Shown here one piece after another: positions 19,470 through 28,352 of a stretch of 53,772 nucleotides of DNA (position 1 is the stretch's first letter; the number at the start of each line of letters is the position of its first letter). Under the pieces are notes generated by a model. That model searched no databases. It was not told where the DNA came from and saw nothing but the letters and a program-made list of their open reading frames with translations. The stretch spans positions 1 to 53,772 of the forward strand of contig CBDAFS010000046.1 in assembly GCA_965195285.1 (NCBI GenBank). The letters run 5' to 3'. This DNA is from an uncultured Aminicenantes bacterium (GTDB lineage Bacteria; Acidobacteriota; Aminicenantia; UBA2199). The translations under genes and the position numbers were made by a program.

Positions 19470-20417
19470 TCAGGTTTTATTTTTATGGTCCACTGTTATG
19501 ACGACATTTCCCTTTTTGTGTCCTTTGTCAACATATCTATGAGCCTCGACAATCTCTTCAAGCGGATAGGTTCTGTCAATGACCGGTTTTAACTTTCCCT
19601 TCTCAATAAGCTCTTTGAGGAAAATTAAATCTTCAGCCTTAATTTTTGCTAAATCATTAGTGGAAAGAAAAATTCCATTTTTCTTTAACGAGCCTTTACA
19701 ACGTGAACGCGAAGTCTTACCTACTGCGTCGAAAATAACATCATAGGTCTCACTGCTTTTGGTAAAATCATCTTTAGTGTAATCTATTACTTTTTCAGCT
19801 CCAAGAGATTTCACCAATTCTAAATTCGAAGTACTGCATACCCCGGTCACCTCAGCCCCGAAGTACCTGGCAAGCTGTACCGCATAAGTACCTAAACTTC
19901 CGGAAGCGCCATAGATAAGGACTTTTTGTCCTTTCTGGATATTTCCCTTTCGAAAAACCTGAAGTATGGTAAGTCCTGCTGCAGGAACGGCGGCGGCTTT
20001 CTCATAGGTCAAATTGGTCGGTTTTATTGCCATCAATCCCTTTTTTTCAATCGTTCCTTCTTCAGGTTTTTCAGGTAGACATATGTACTCGGCATAAGCA
20101 CCGAAAACAAAACCGGTAAATGCAAAAACCTTGTCACCTTTCTTAAACAGCTTTACATCTTTGCCTACTGATTCAATTTCTCCCGCTAACTCCATCCCTA
20201 GTATGCTTCTTTTTGGCTTTCTAATACCTAAATATATTCGAAAAGGGATCATTTGCCAGAAAGGAACCCTGAAACCCCGAATTCTCGCATCCCCCACGTG
20301 TGCTGTTGTCGCATATACTTTTATCAACACTTCATTGTCCCTGGGAACAGGTTTATCCACCTCCTGTAGCTGAAGAACTTCCGGTGGTCCGTATTTTGTG
20401 CATATAATTGCTTTCAT
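19470..20417 (-). CDS. Zn-independent MDR dehydrogenase (paralog 1)
   Basis: [23 protein letters not shown]. Confidence 0.88.
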   Translation of the reverse strand: MKAIICTKYGPPEVLQLQEVDKPVPRDNEVLIKVYATTAHVGDARIRGFRVPFWQMIPFRIYLGIRKPKRSILGMELAGEIESVGKDVKLFKKGDKVFAFTGFVFGAYAEYICLPEKPEEGTIEKKGLMAIKPTNLTYEKAAAVPAAGLTILQVFRKGNIQKGQKVLIYGASGSLGTYAVQLARYFGAEVTGVCSTSNLELVKSLGAEKVIDYTKDDFTKSSETYDVIFDAVGKTSRSRCKGSLKKNGIFLSTNDLAKIKAEDLIFLKELIEKGKLKPVIDRTYPLEEIVEAHRYVDKGHKKGNVVITVDHKNKT

Positions 20418-20631
20418 AAGTTTCCTCCCTGTTTACTTTTATTAATAAACATCGGTATATATTTTATAAAAATAAAAAAAAAATATCAAAAGTGGAGTTT
20501 TATGGTTATATTTTGGTCACAAGGTGAAAATGTAATGAATACATTTGCTTTCAATGAACATTAACTTGGGTAACCAGTAACAAGAAATATACAGTAAATC
20601 AAGCAAGAGGGGTCAATTTGGAGGGAAAGAG

Positions 20632-21665
20632 GGGTCAAGTCTTTAGTTTACATTTCAAACTTTGTTTGATATATTATCTTCATGAGCAGACCATTAAGAA
20701 TTGAATATCCCGGAGCCTGGTATCATGTGATGAACAGGGGAAGGAGATCTGAGAAGATATATCTTGATGATGAAGATTATCATAGCTTTATGGAATTGTT
20801 GATTGAATCTTCAGAATTGTGGTCGGTAAATATCTGTGCATTTTCACTTATGCCCAGCCATTATCATTTGTTGATCAATACTCCTCTGGGAAACCTGAGT
20901 AGATTTATGCGCCATGTAAATGGTGTTTATACACAAAGATTCAATAATGCCCATAAATACGAAGGAACTCTGTTTAAAGGGAGATATAAATCGATCTTGA
21001 TCGAATTTGACAATTACTTTTTGCAATTGATCCGTTATATACACAGGAATCCGATCAGAGCGAAACTGGTAAATAATCTGGAAGATTATAAATGGAGCAG
21101 CCATCATGCATATATAAATAAATCTCCGGAATGGGCATGGATCAAAAGTGAACAGCTGTTATCAATATTGTCAGAAAAGACAGATGATCAGATTGATGAA
21201 TATATAAAATTTATGGAAATTGATGATGACCCGAAACTGATAAAGGTATTTGAAAGTAAGAAATGGCCTTCTCTTCTTGGAGGAGATAAATTCATTAATT
21301 TAATAAAAAGGAAATATTTCCCGGAGGTAAAGGATAAGGAAATTCCGGAATCGGGTAATTTAGCACCCGATATTGAATTAATCAAAGAAATGGTTTGTAA
21401 ATATTACAACATACCTCCCAGAACTTTATGCAGGGCGAAAAGGCAGTCGTATAATGAGCCAAGAAACATGGCAATATATCTATCCCGTTACTTGAGAAAT
21501 GATTCCCTTAAGCAAATTAGTAAAGAATATCTTCTTGGAAGCGAAAGTTCTGTAAGCAGTATACTGAATTCAATAAAGGAAATGATCATAAATGATCCTG
21601 AAGTTGAGAATAAAGTGGTAGAGATGAGTAGACTTGTGACGAAACGTGAAATAAAGACTTGACCC
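20632..21665 (+). mobile_element. RAYT/Y1 transposase element bounded by 14-bp inverted repeats
   Basis: GGGTCAAGTCTTTA (20632-20645) / TAAAGACTTGACCC (21652-21665); the gene's TGA lies inside the right repeat. Confidence 0.75.
20682..21662 (+). CDS. REP-associated tyrosine transposase-like HUH enzyme with C-terminal DnaA-C-like HTH
   Basis: YHVMNRG, LMPSHYHLL (HUH), YIHRNP (catalytic Tyr), WSS; C-terminal PRNMAIYLSR...SLKQI. Confidence 0.88.
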   Translation: MSRPLRIEYPGAWYHVMNRGRRSEKIYLDDEDYHSFMELLIESSELWSVNICAFSLMPSHYHLLINTPLGNLSRFMRHVNGVYTQRFNNAHKYEGTLFKGRYKSILIEFDNYFLQLIRYIHRNPIRAKLVNNLEDYKWSSHHAYINKSPEWAWIKSEQLLSILSEKTDDQIDEYIKFMEIDDDPKLIKVFESKKWPSLLGGDKFINLIKRKYFPEVKDKEIPESGNLAPDIELIKEMVCKYYNIPPRTLCRAKRQSYNEPRNMAIYLSRYLRNDSLKQISKEYLLGSESSVSSILNSIKEMIINDPEVENKVVEMSRLVTKREIKT

Positions 21666-21701
21666 TTTAATTTTATATTTAACAGAAATTCTGCAACCAA
21701 T

Positions 21702-22928
21702 TTAACTCAACAAGGCATGGACTCTGGCCAATTGTTGGGGAATCTGCAGGCTTTGCGGGCAGTGCTGGATACAGGTTTGACAATTGATGCAGGCATTGGC
21801 CTTGGTCGGTAGTTCGGAGTAGAACCTTCGCGCCTTGTTCCAGTCGTAATCATCCAGCGCATAACGCTCAAACCTTAAAATGTCTGCAATCGGCACTTGT
21901 TGGGGACAGTAGGGTTGACACAGGGTGCATAGCCGGCAGGTGGTTTTGTCAGCTTCAGTGATCATCATCTGGATAGCCTTTGCGTCACTGGTACGCAGGC
22001 TTTTGCCCGCTCCCGAATAGGTCTCCACAAACTGGTCGAGGTTTTTCACCCGAATCACCACTGCATCCAATTGGGTGGCCGTGGTCAGCCAGCGGCACAG
22101 TGCATGATGTGGTGAGGTTCCCGCGGGGAACTTGGCCATGAATTCCTGGTCTTGTTTCATGCGTCCGATGCCCCGGGCGGTTTTCATAGCAATAGTACCG
22201 AAGCCCTTTTTTTTTGCAAACTCGATAAATTTATCCATTTCCGGATCAGCGCCATAGGAGTAGATGAATTGAGCATGCTCATAGAGGCCATCCTCCACCA
22301 CCGCGGTCATAACCTCGGCTGCGGTTTGACCGCCTGGAATCTTGCTCCGGCCACTGGCATACCCGTGTTGCGACAAGCAGAGGTGCTTCACCAGGCCCTC
22401 CTTTTCCAACCGTTCAAAAGCCTTGACAAAAGCTTTCTCCTTTTTAACTTCCGCTACATTATGGTAGCCGTAGTGGAGCTGCATGTCATCATAATAGCCC
22501 AGACCTGTCTTTTTTAATGATTCCTTGACATAGGCTACATGCGCATCTTCGTCAAAGTGTCCAGTACGATGATTACCACCCACCCGGTCAACAGTGACCT
22601 GGCAATAGTGGGCCTCGCGGTTTTTCAGGATGGCTTCCGGTGTTTTTCTGCGGGCCCAGCGATTGGCCTTATGCCAGTAATTCATACCGCATCTGATCCC
22701 AGCTTCGGTACACTTCTCTTCCAGACCGCCGGCACCCAGCAATATTGACACCTTACGGCCGCTATATCCAAGTTTGCGGCGCGGCAATTGACCCACCTTT
22801 TTAGCGGCTTCAGCTATCGGATTCGGTTCATCCACGCCGATTACTGGTTTTCCGGTCAAACTATTCACCACTGCTGCTGATGACAATTTTAAAAAGTCTC
22901 GTCTTTTAATTGAAGATTTTTTGCTCAT
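21702..22928 (-). CDS. Tat-exported aldo/keto reductase with C-terminal 2x[4Fe-4S] domain
   Basis: RRDFLK Tat motif, LPRRKLG, IAMKT, CRLCTLCQPYCP and CINCQTCIQHCP. Confidence 0.82.
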   Translation of the reverse strand: MSKKSSIKRRDFLKLSSAAVVNSLTGKPVIGVDEPNPIAEAAKKVGQLPRRKLGYSGRKVSILLGAGGLEEKCTEAGIRCGMNYWHKANRWARRKTPEAILKNREAHYCQVTVDRVGGNHRTGHFDEDAHVAYVKESLKKTGLGYYDDMQLHYGYHNVAEVKKEKAFVKAFERLEKEGLVKHLCLSQHGYASGRSKIPGGQTAAEVMTAVVEDGLYEHAQFIYSYGADPEMDKFIEFAKKKGFGTIAMKTARGIGRMKQDQEFMAKFPAGTSPHHALCRWLTTATQLDAVVIRVKNLDQFVETYSGAGKSLRTSDAKAIQMMITEADKTTCRLCTLCQPYCPQQVPIADILRFERYALDDYDWNKARRFYSELPTKANACINCQTCIQHCPQSLQIPQQLARVHALLS

Positions 22929-23133
22929 CCAATACCTCCTTTCCCATACCTACCACTTTCACTTTACCCGGGAAAATATTTTAAGTCAAGAATATGTATA
23001 GGTTGCATACATATGAGACACTGGGTAAGATTTTATCACATAATCAATGGGAGATAAATTTAAATTGTATTTTGAACGGTAATTTTTACCTCAATCATGG
23101 GAACCGCCTGCCCAGGTTCAGTGAAGGGAAAAA

Positions 23134-23206
23134 AGCCGATGCCCAGAGTCGAACTGGGGACCTTTTGATTACGAATCAAGCGCTCTACCAGCTGAGCTAC
23201 ATCGGC
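23134..23206 (-). tRNA. tRNA-Thr(CGT)
   Basis: GCCGATG acceptor, TAGCTCAGCTGGTAGAGC D-arm, anticodon loop TT-CGT-AA, GTTCGA T-loop; CCA not encoded. Confidence 0.95.
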
Positions 23207-23219
23207 TTGAATAAAATAA

Positions 23220-23248
23220 ATTATACTTAAATAAATGAACCATGTCAA
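23220..23248 (-). promoter_or_regulatory. Consensus sigma70 promoter of tRNA-Thr
   Basis: Minus strand TTGACA(23248-23243)-17 bp-TATAAT(23225-23220). Confidence 0.8.
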
Positions 23249-23384
23249 AAGTACCCGATCTATGCTGGCTCAGGTAAAGGTAGAGGTAAAGGTAAAGAAA
23301 AAAAGAGTCAGACTATATCCTTAGTCGCGCGAGGGAATTTCTTCTTCGATATGAGCCTCAAGTACAAAATTGACCTGGTCAATA

Positions 23385-23535
23385 TTAAAATTCGAAGCAC
23401 GAAGCATCAAATTCGAAACAAATCCAAAATTTAAAACAAATAAATTGAAAAAGATATCTTTGTCACTGTTTTGTTAATTTGGATTTTTGTCATTTGAATT
23501 TGTTTCGGATTTCGATATTCGAATTTCGGATTTAA
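23385..23535. repeat. Imperfect inverted repeat built from heptamer units
   Basis: Left AAATTCG-AAGCACG-AAGCATC-AAATTCG-AAAC-AAATCC; right arm reverse complement AAATCCG-AAATTCG-AATATCG-AAATCCG-AAAC-AAATTC. Confidence 0.75.
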
Positions 23536-23586
23536 CAAGCAATAACGGGTGAATCGAGAAGAAAAAATCACCTGTTCCAAAAGGAA

Positions 23587-24783
23587 TTATTTAATTGTCT
23601 TTAGCGTTGCCAGAACTTTTTCGGCCATTTTGTTCTGAAAAATGACCAGTTCATGGGACATGCGCTTTTGTTTGAGAAAGGCTTCGGTCTCCCGGAAAAT
23701 TTCCTTTTCGGTTTCGAGTATCAGTGGCAGAAACCCGGTTTTTTCTCTGTTAACCAGGCGGTTGACCTTCATGTAATATTCCTTTTCCGGTGTGCCCGAA
23801 GGACTGATTAATTTTTTAAGGCGAAAAGCCTCAGCACAGATAGGGGCATCCTTTCCCGTCCACATCACTTCGGGCACCTGCCCGGCCTCCACCCACAGGG
23901 GTACGGCAATGGAGGTGACCGGTTCGCCCAGAATCACCCAGAAGGTGGCCAGTGAGTCCTTCTGCCCCGGTTTTTTACCGGTTATCACCACAGTAGACGA
24001 GGTGTAAGGCCGGTTGATGCAGTCCCGGTAGTAGATCCACCGGGGCGGGTCTGCCGGCATATTTTGAAGTTCCTTCAGGGCAGGATGCCGGAGCAGCACA
24101 TGGCCCAGGTCCCGGGAAAGATTCTGCAGTATATATTGAGGAGATATTTTTAGCTCAGGCCTCTCCTCAAACAATTGAGCTGCCCGTTCGAATCGCAAAA
24201 AACCGAATCCCTCACCCTTTTTTCCGCTGCGTGCGAAATTAGTATTGATCAGGTATTTTTTGTCTGTATCCGCCGCATCCAGTTTGTGAAATCCATTATT
24301 GTGCACTTCAAAAATGACCGCATTTCCCTTAGCGTCAATTATTCCGAAATTGGCCAGGCTTCCCAGGCTGGATCCCTGGTTTTTGCGTAGATACAGTTCA
24401 AAATCATCCACGCTTCGGCAGGTACGCAGGGCATCGGCCATGATCTGCCCCTCCAGGTCTTTCATTTCATCGTGCTTCTGATCCAGGTTGTAGGCCACCG
24501 AATTCATGATGCCAAAACCAACAGAGTTCAGGCCGGCATACACCCATCTTCCCGAGGTCTCTTCGGCATTGACCAGGCCGATATAACTGAAAGGAACCTC
24601 CTTCACAAAAATCACCTTGTTGGACAGGTTGTTGGTATCCCGGTTTTTCCAGAGCAGAGGTCGTCCGTCAACCGATGCCTCGGGCCCTATAATGGCCGTG
24701 GTACACTCCTCACCAGAAACCAGCAAAGGCAACAAAAACAAAATGCCCAGACAAAAAACAATTCCATATTTTTTAATTTTCAT
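23587..24783 (-). CDS. Ntn-hydrolase, peptidase C45 / acyltransferase family
   Basis: Signal peptide followed by nucleophilic Cys (CTTAI), DGRPLLWKNRD, GLNSVG, NTNF. Confidence 0.8.
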   Translation of the reverse strand: MKIKKYGIVFCLGILFLLPLLVSGEECTTAIIGPEASVDGRPLLWKNRDTNNLSNKVIFVKEVPFSYIGLVNAEETSGRWVYAGLNSVGFGIMNSVAYNLDQKHDEMKDLEGQIMADALRTCRSVDDFELYLRKNQGSSLGSLANFGIIDAKGNAVIFEVHNNGFHKLDAADTDKKYLINTNFARSGKKGEGFGFLRFERAAQLFEERPELKISPQYILQNLSRDLGHVLLRHPALKELQNMPADPPRWIYYRDCINRPYTSSTVVITGKKPGQKDSLATFWVILGEPVTSIAVPLWVEAGQVPEVMWTGKDAPICAEAFRLKKLISPSGTPEKEYYMKVNRLVNREKTGFLPLILETEKEIFRETEAFLKQKRMSHELVIFQNKMAEKVLATLKTIK

Positions 24784-24843
24784 TTTAGTTCTCCAAAGCT
24801 ATTGTAACGATTTCCCGGACCTCCCGTCAACCATTAATCCAAT

Positions 24844-25035
24844 CAACAACCGTTCATGTCTCGTTCGCCCGTCCGGTAATTGACCGGAATACGAACTCGT
24901 CTCATTAAAAATGTCCAACTCGGCCTTCGGCCTCAGACAGAGACATTTTTTCCCCGATTAAAAAAGACCATTCGACTCGTTCTTGCCGGTACCCAATTAC
25001 CTCCCTGAGGCTCACTCGTTCATGAACGGTTGTTG
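24844..25035. repeat. Long nested hairpin element
   Basis: 15-bp perfect terminal IR CAACAACCGTTCATG/CATGAACGGTTGTTG with nested GGTAATTG/CAATTACC and AAAAATGTC/GACATTTTT. Confidence 0.75.
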
Positions 25036-25087
25036 TTAAATCAATAAACTTCCAAGAGAAAACCTGAAGGATTAAAAAGCGCGCGGA

Positions 25088-25197
25088 GCAAACAATCTCC
25101 GGAGCGGCTTCGGAAGCCAATTTCTCGAACATCGAAAATTGGCGTACGGCTCCCGAAAATGAGAGCATTTTCGGGTAAAGCGGAGGAGACTGTTTGC
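25088..25197. repeat. Multibranched structured element
   Basis: Closing GCAAACA.TCTCC/GGAGA.TGTTTGC with inner stems GCCAATTT/AAATTGGC and CCCGAAAATG/CATTTTCGGG. Confidence 0.65.
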
Positions 25198-25285
25198 GCA
25201 AGCCCGCAGAGTTTTTATATTATTTAATACCCTGAGGGCCCAACGGACCATAAACAGCTGTTATCCAAGTAAAAGAAAAAATTAA

Positions 25286-25651
25286 TTACTCCTGCTCGAA
25301 GGCATTCTCGATGTGGTTGATTTCAATTGTTTTACCTTGATATAAAACCGAGATGATGTCAAAGCGGATGCGTAAATCTCGGTAGGGTTTGCGGGAAGCC
25401 AGTAATTTTGCAGCCCGGATCAATCGGGCCTGTTTCTTCTGATCCACAAACTCTTCCGGAAATCCGAAATCCAGAGACTGACGGGTCTTAACCTCCACCA
25501 GGCAGAGGAAATCATCCTTGAGGGCCAGCAAATCGATTTCCACGCCACCCACCCGCTTATTTTTGCCCGCAATGATATAGCCTTTCTTAATCAAAAACCG
25601 TTCGGCCCTTTTTTCCCCCTGGGGCCCCAGTTTGTTTTTCGGGTCAGGCAA
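25286..25651 (-). CDS. yraN: YraN family (UPF0102) nuclease-like protein
   Basis: LG..GE..A, EIDL, VEVKTR, RFDII, ENAF; probable TTG start at 25651. Confidence 0.9.
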   Translation of the reverse strand: MPDPKNKLGPQGEKRAERFLIKKGYIIAGKNKRVGGVEIDLLALKDDFLCLVEVKTRQSLDFGFPEEFVDQKKQARLIRAAKLLASRKPYRDLRIRFDIISVLYQGKTIEINHIENAFEQE

Positions 25652-25652
25652 T

Positions 25653-26975
25653 TCAGGATATCCGGGTACGCTTTTCCTGCATCCTGATATCCAGATTCTC
25701 CAGTTCGGCCAGAACCAGGTCATACACTTCGGGTTGAATGGGAATCTGGACTCCGGTCAGTTTGATCCTGTCTTCAGCCATCAGCTTCACACCCACGGCC
25801 AAAGGCAAACTCACGGTCCGGGCCATGGAGGTATCCCCGTGGGGGATGCCAAAATCGATCAGGGTAGAGGTGATTTGATCGCGGCTCTTATCGGCGTTTT
25901 CCACCACAAAGGTATGCTTCATCACGATCATGTCCTTTTCACCCGGTCTATAGTAAAGCTTTTCCTGCAGTCTCTCACAGAGCACATCCAGGCGGTTGTC
26001 GTAATCAGCCACCGGCTCATCCGCAAACAACCCCAGCCATTCCAACCGCTTGATGATTTCAGAATCCCGGGAGATCCCCATTTTTCCGGCTACTTCCGCT
26101 TCGACATCATTGGCCGGATCACAACCCGCCAGGTCAGCCATCATTCCCCGGTAGGTATTGCCTTTCAGGCCTGGCACCGGCGAATCATCGACCAGCCCCA
26201 GGTCAACCATTTTCTTGAAGGTTTCACACCAGCCCACATAGCGGTAGGTGCCCCTCATCACGGTTTGGGCATCGGATAAACCGTACAGGCCTTTGTAGGG
26301 CATGGAATCGCGGTTGGCGTATATTTCCAGTTCGCCCACTTCCTCGATCTCCTCGAGCCGGGTGTTGGCAAACAGCTCCTTTCCTTCGATATCCACTACT
26401 TCTCCGTTCTCTAAAAACCGGGCCGCATTGCGGCTGGCCAACACCACTCCCCGGGGACTCCAGGAAAATTTATAGCCGAAAGGATTATCATTGTCCTCGG
26501 GAGCCGGCAGCCCGCCGGTTACCGAATAAAAATGAACGACTTTTCCACCCGTATTCCGGACTTCATCAATGACCTTCATGGCTGACATGTGATCAATCCC
26601 CGGATCCACACCGATTTCATTCAGAAACAGTAAACCCTTTTCCCGGACCGGGCCATCCAGTTTCTTCATCTCATCACTGACATAGGAGGTGGTGGCCATG
26701 TCCCGGTTGCAGTCCAGACAGAGTTTGGCCACTTTCTGATGGTGAATCCAGGGTAGCAGGCTCACCACGATATCATGCTCCCGGATAAGCTGTTTCAATA
26801 ATTCCTCGTTTTCAACCACCAGCTCCCGGGCCGTTCCGTTTTCATATCCCTCAACCAGTTTCTCCGCCTTGCTTACGGTTCTGGATGCCACGGTTACCGG
26901 CAATCCATTGTCCAGCAGGTAACGCACACCAGGCCTGCTGACCAGGCCGGCGCCTAAAACCAGTACTTTTTTCAT
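25653..26975 (-). CDS. Saccharopine dehydrogenase (glutamate-forming; SDH half of AASS)
   Basis: LGAGLV, EIGVDPGIDHM, GGLPAP..NPFGYKFSWSPRG, RGTYRY, SMARTV. Confidence 0.9.
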   Translation of the reverse strand: MKKVLVLGAGLVSRPGVRYLLDNGLPVTVASRTVSKAEKLVEGYENGTARELVVENEELLKQLIREHDIVVSLLPWIHHQKVAKLCLDCNRDMATTSYVSDEMKKLDGPVREKGLLFLNEIGVDPGIDHMSAMKVIDEVRNTGGKVVHFYSVTGGLPAPEDNDNPFGYKFSWSPRGVVLASRNAARFLENGEVVDIEGKELFANTRLEEIEEVGELEIYANRDSMPYKGLYGLSDAQTVMRGTYRYVGWCETFKKMVDLGLVDDSPVPGLKGNTYRGMMADLAGCDPANDVEAEVAGKMGISRDSEIIKRLEWLGLFADEPVADYDNRLDVLCERLQEKLYYRPGEKDMIVMKHTFVVENADKSRDQITSTLIDFGIPHGDTSMARTVSLPLAVGVKLMAEDRIKLTGVQIPIQPEVYDLVLAELENLDIRMQEKRTRIS

Positions 26976-28294
26976 TTCAACCTCCCGTCCAAAAATTCCT
27001 GCATGTATTGATAATCGACGGTAAATTCGCCATTGAGTAAAATCAGGGCCCTTTTCAGGGGCGGGGATAACACCAGCTCATCAAGAGGCCGGTCATAATC
27101 CGCCACAATCAATTCGTCGACAAAATCCTTTATAACCGATGAAAAATATTCCGATGATTCCCGGGGAAATTCACAAGGCAAATTGTCAATGGCCATCACA
27201 CTCACACCCTGGCGTTCCACCCCGTCCTGGAACACGTCCTGTTGGGCCAGGTAGGTGTAGCAGGGGTTGTCCGGCATGGTAGCTTTGTACGTAATTTCAA
27301 TGGAACCCTCGATGTCACAGCTGATATCTCCGATCACCCTCAGATTGAGATTGGATTGCAAAACGGTTTGATCCTTTATGTATTGCTTGGTCACCAGTCG
27401 GGGATAATCTTCGGTCCAGTATATGCAGTTGACCAGCACCTGCAGATAGGGAATGTAGTCTTCAAACTGGGACTCATACTTCTGGGGAAAATCATAATAA
27501 TCCTTCAGGTCAAAACTCCCCTGCTTGGACCGTACCAGGTCCTCCTCCTTGAAAACGACCTTGTACAGGTGATACCGATCGGCAGCAAAACTTTCCGCCA
27601 TTTCCTTTAAGGTCAACGGGGAAATAACCTTGTGGGGGAGCAGGTCAAAGATTTCCTGGGCTCCCCTGGACACGTTTCCGTAGCCGGCAAATCCTACCAC
27701 CAGGGGGCATAATTCCCGGGGAAGCCCCTGGCTGTTGATCTCCTCGCCCAGTTCAGCAATCTTCTCTTTGGCCTCCTTCAGGGAACCGTATAGATAGGCC
27801 TGTTTGACTTTTTCAAAGGGGGTTTTAAATCCCTGCAGCTTCAACTTTTCACCGAAACAGTGGAGGGTTTCGATCATGCCGGCCATCCCGGCATATTTTC
27901 CGAAAAAAATCAGCCGGCGATGGTGGTCATCCATGATGCATTCATAATCGATGAGGTTGGTCTTCAAGTCCTTGAGGCGCTGCAGCATGTCCATATTATA
28001 AGCCTGCCCCTTGATGGTGTGGGAAAAAAACACATAGGTTTTACCGGGTTCCAGGAATTTCAGTGGAATCTCTTTGATGCCAAAAATGACCCTGGCCTGA
28101 CTCAGGTCCTCATTGATTTCCGCCCCGGCCCGGCTATATTCATCATCTGAAAACACCCGGATCCCGGATGGCTGGACAATGGTGTGAATGTCGTACTTAT
28201 CTTTCAATTCCCGGACATGTTCCGGGGTAAAGGGGGTGCGTTTCTCCCACTGGTTTTTGTTTTCTCGTCTGATTCCAATGCTCTTCATGGTCAT
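26972..28294 (-). CDS. Lysine-ketoglutarate reductase (LKR half of AASS)
   Basis: IRRE.KN.WE.R.P, FFSHTIKGQ, IDYE, FFGKYAG, DISCD, IDNLP. Confidence 0.88.
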   Translation of the reverse strand: MTMKSIGIRRENKNQWEKRTPFTPEHVRELKDKYDIHTIVQPSGIRVFSDDEYSRAGAEINEDLSQARVIFGIKEIPLKFLEPGKTYVFFSHTIKGQAYNMDMLQRLKDLKTNLIDYECIMDDHHRRLIFFGKYAGMAGMIETLHCFGEKLKLQGFKTPFEKVKQAYLYGSLKEAKEKIAELGEEINSQGLPRELCPLVVGFAGYGNVSRGAQEIFDLLPHKVISPLTLKEMAESFAADRYHLYKVVFKEEDLVRSKQGSFDLKDYYDFPQKYESQFEDYIPYLQVLVNCIYWTEDYPRLVTKQYIKDQTVLQSNLNLRVIGDISCDIEGSIEITYKATMPDNPCYTYLAQQDVFQDGVERQGVSVMAIDNLPCEFPRESSEYFSSVIKDFVDELIVADYDRPLDELVLSPPLKRALILLNGEFTVDYQYMQEFLDGRLK

Positions 28295-28352
28295 ACCTGC
28301 TTAAAATTAACTTAGAAATGTATCAGAGTACCCGTATCAAGTCAACACCTTT

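Noticed and set aside
24905-25201. 98-aa ORF in the yraN-C45 gap
   Set aside because: Runs through the hairpin elements, has no RBS or recognisable motif; likely incidental
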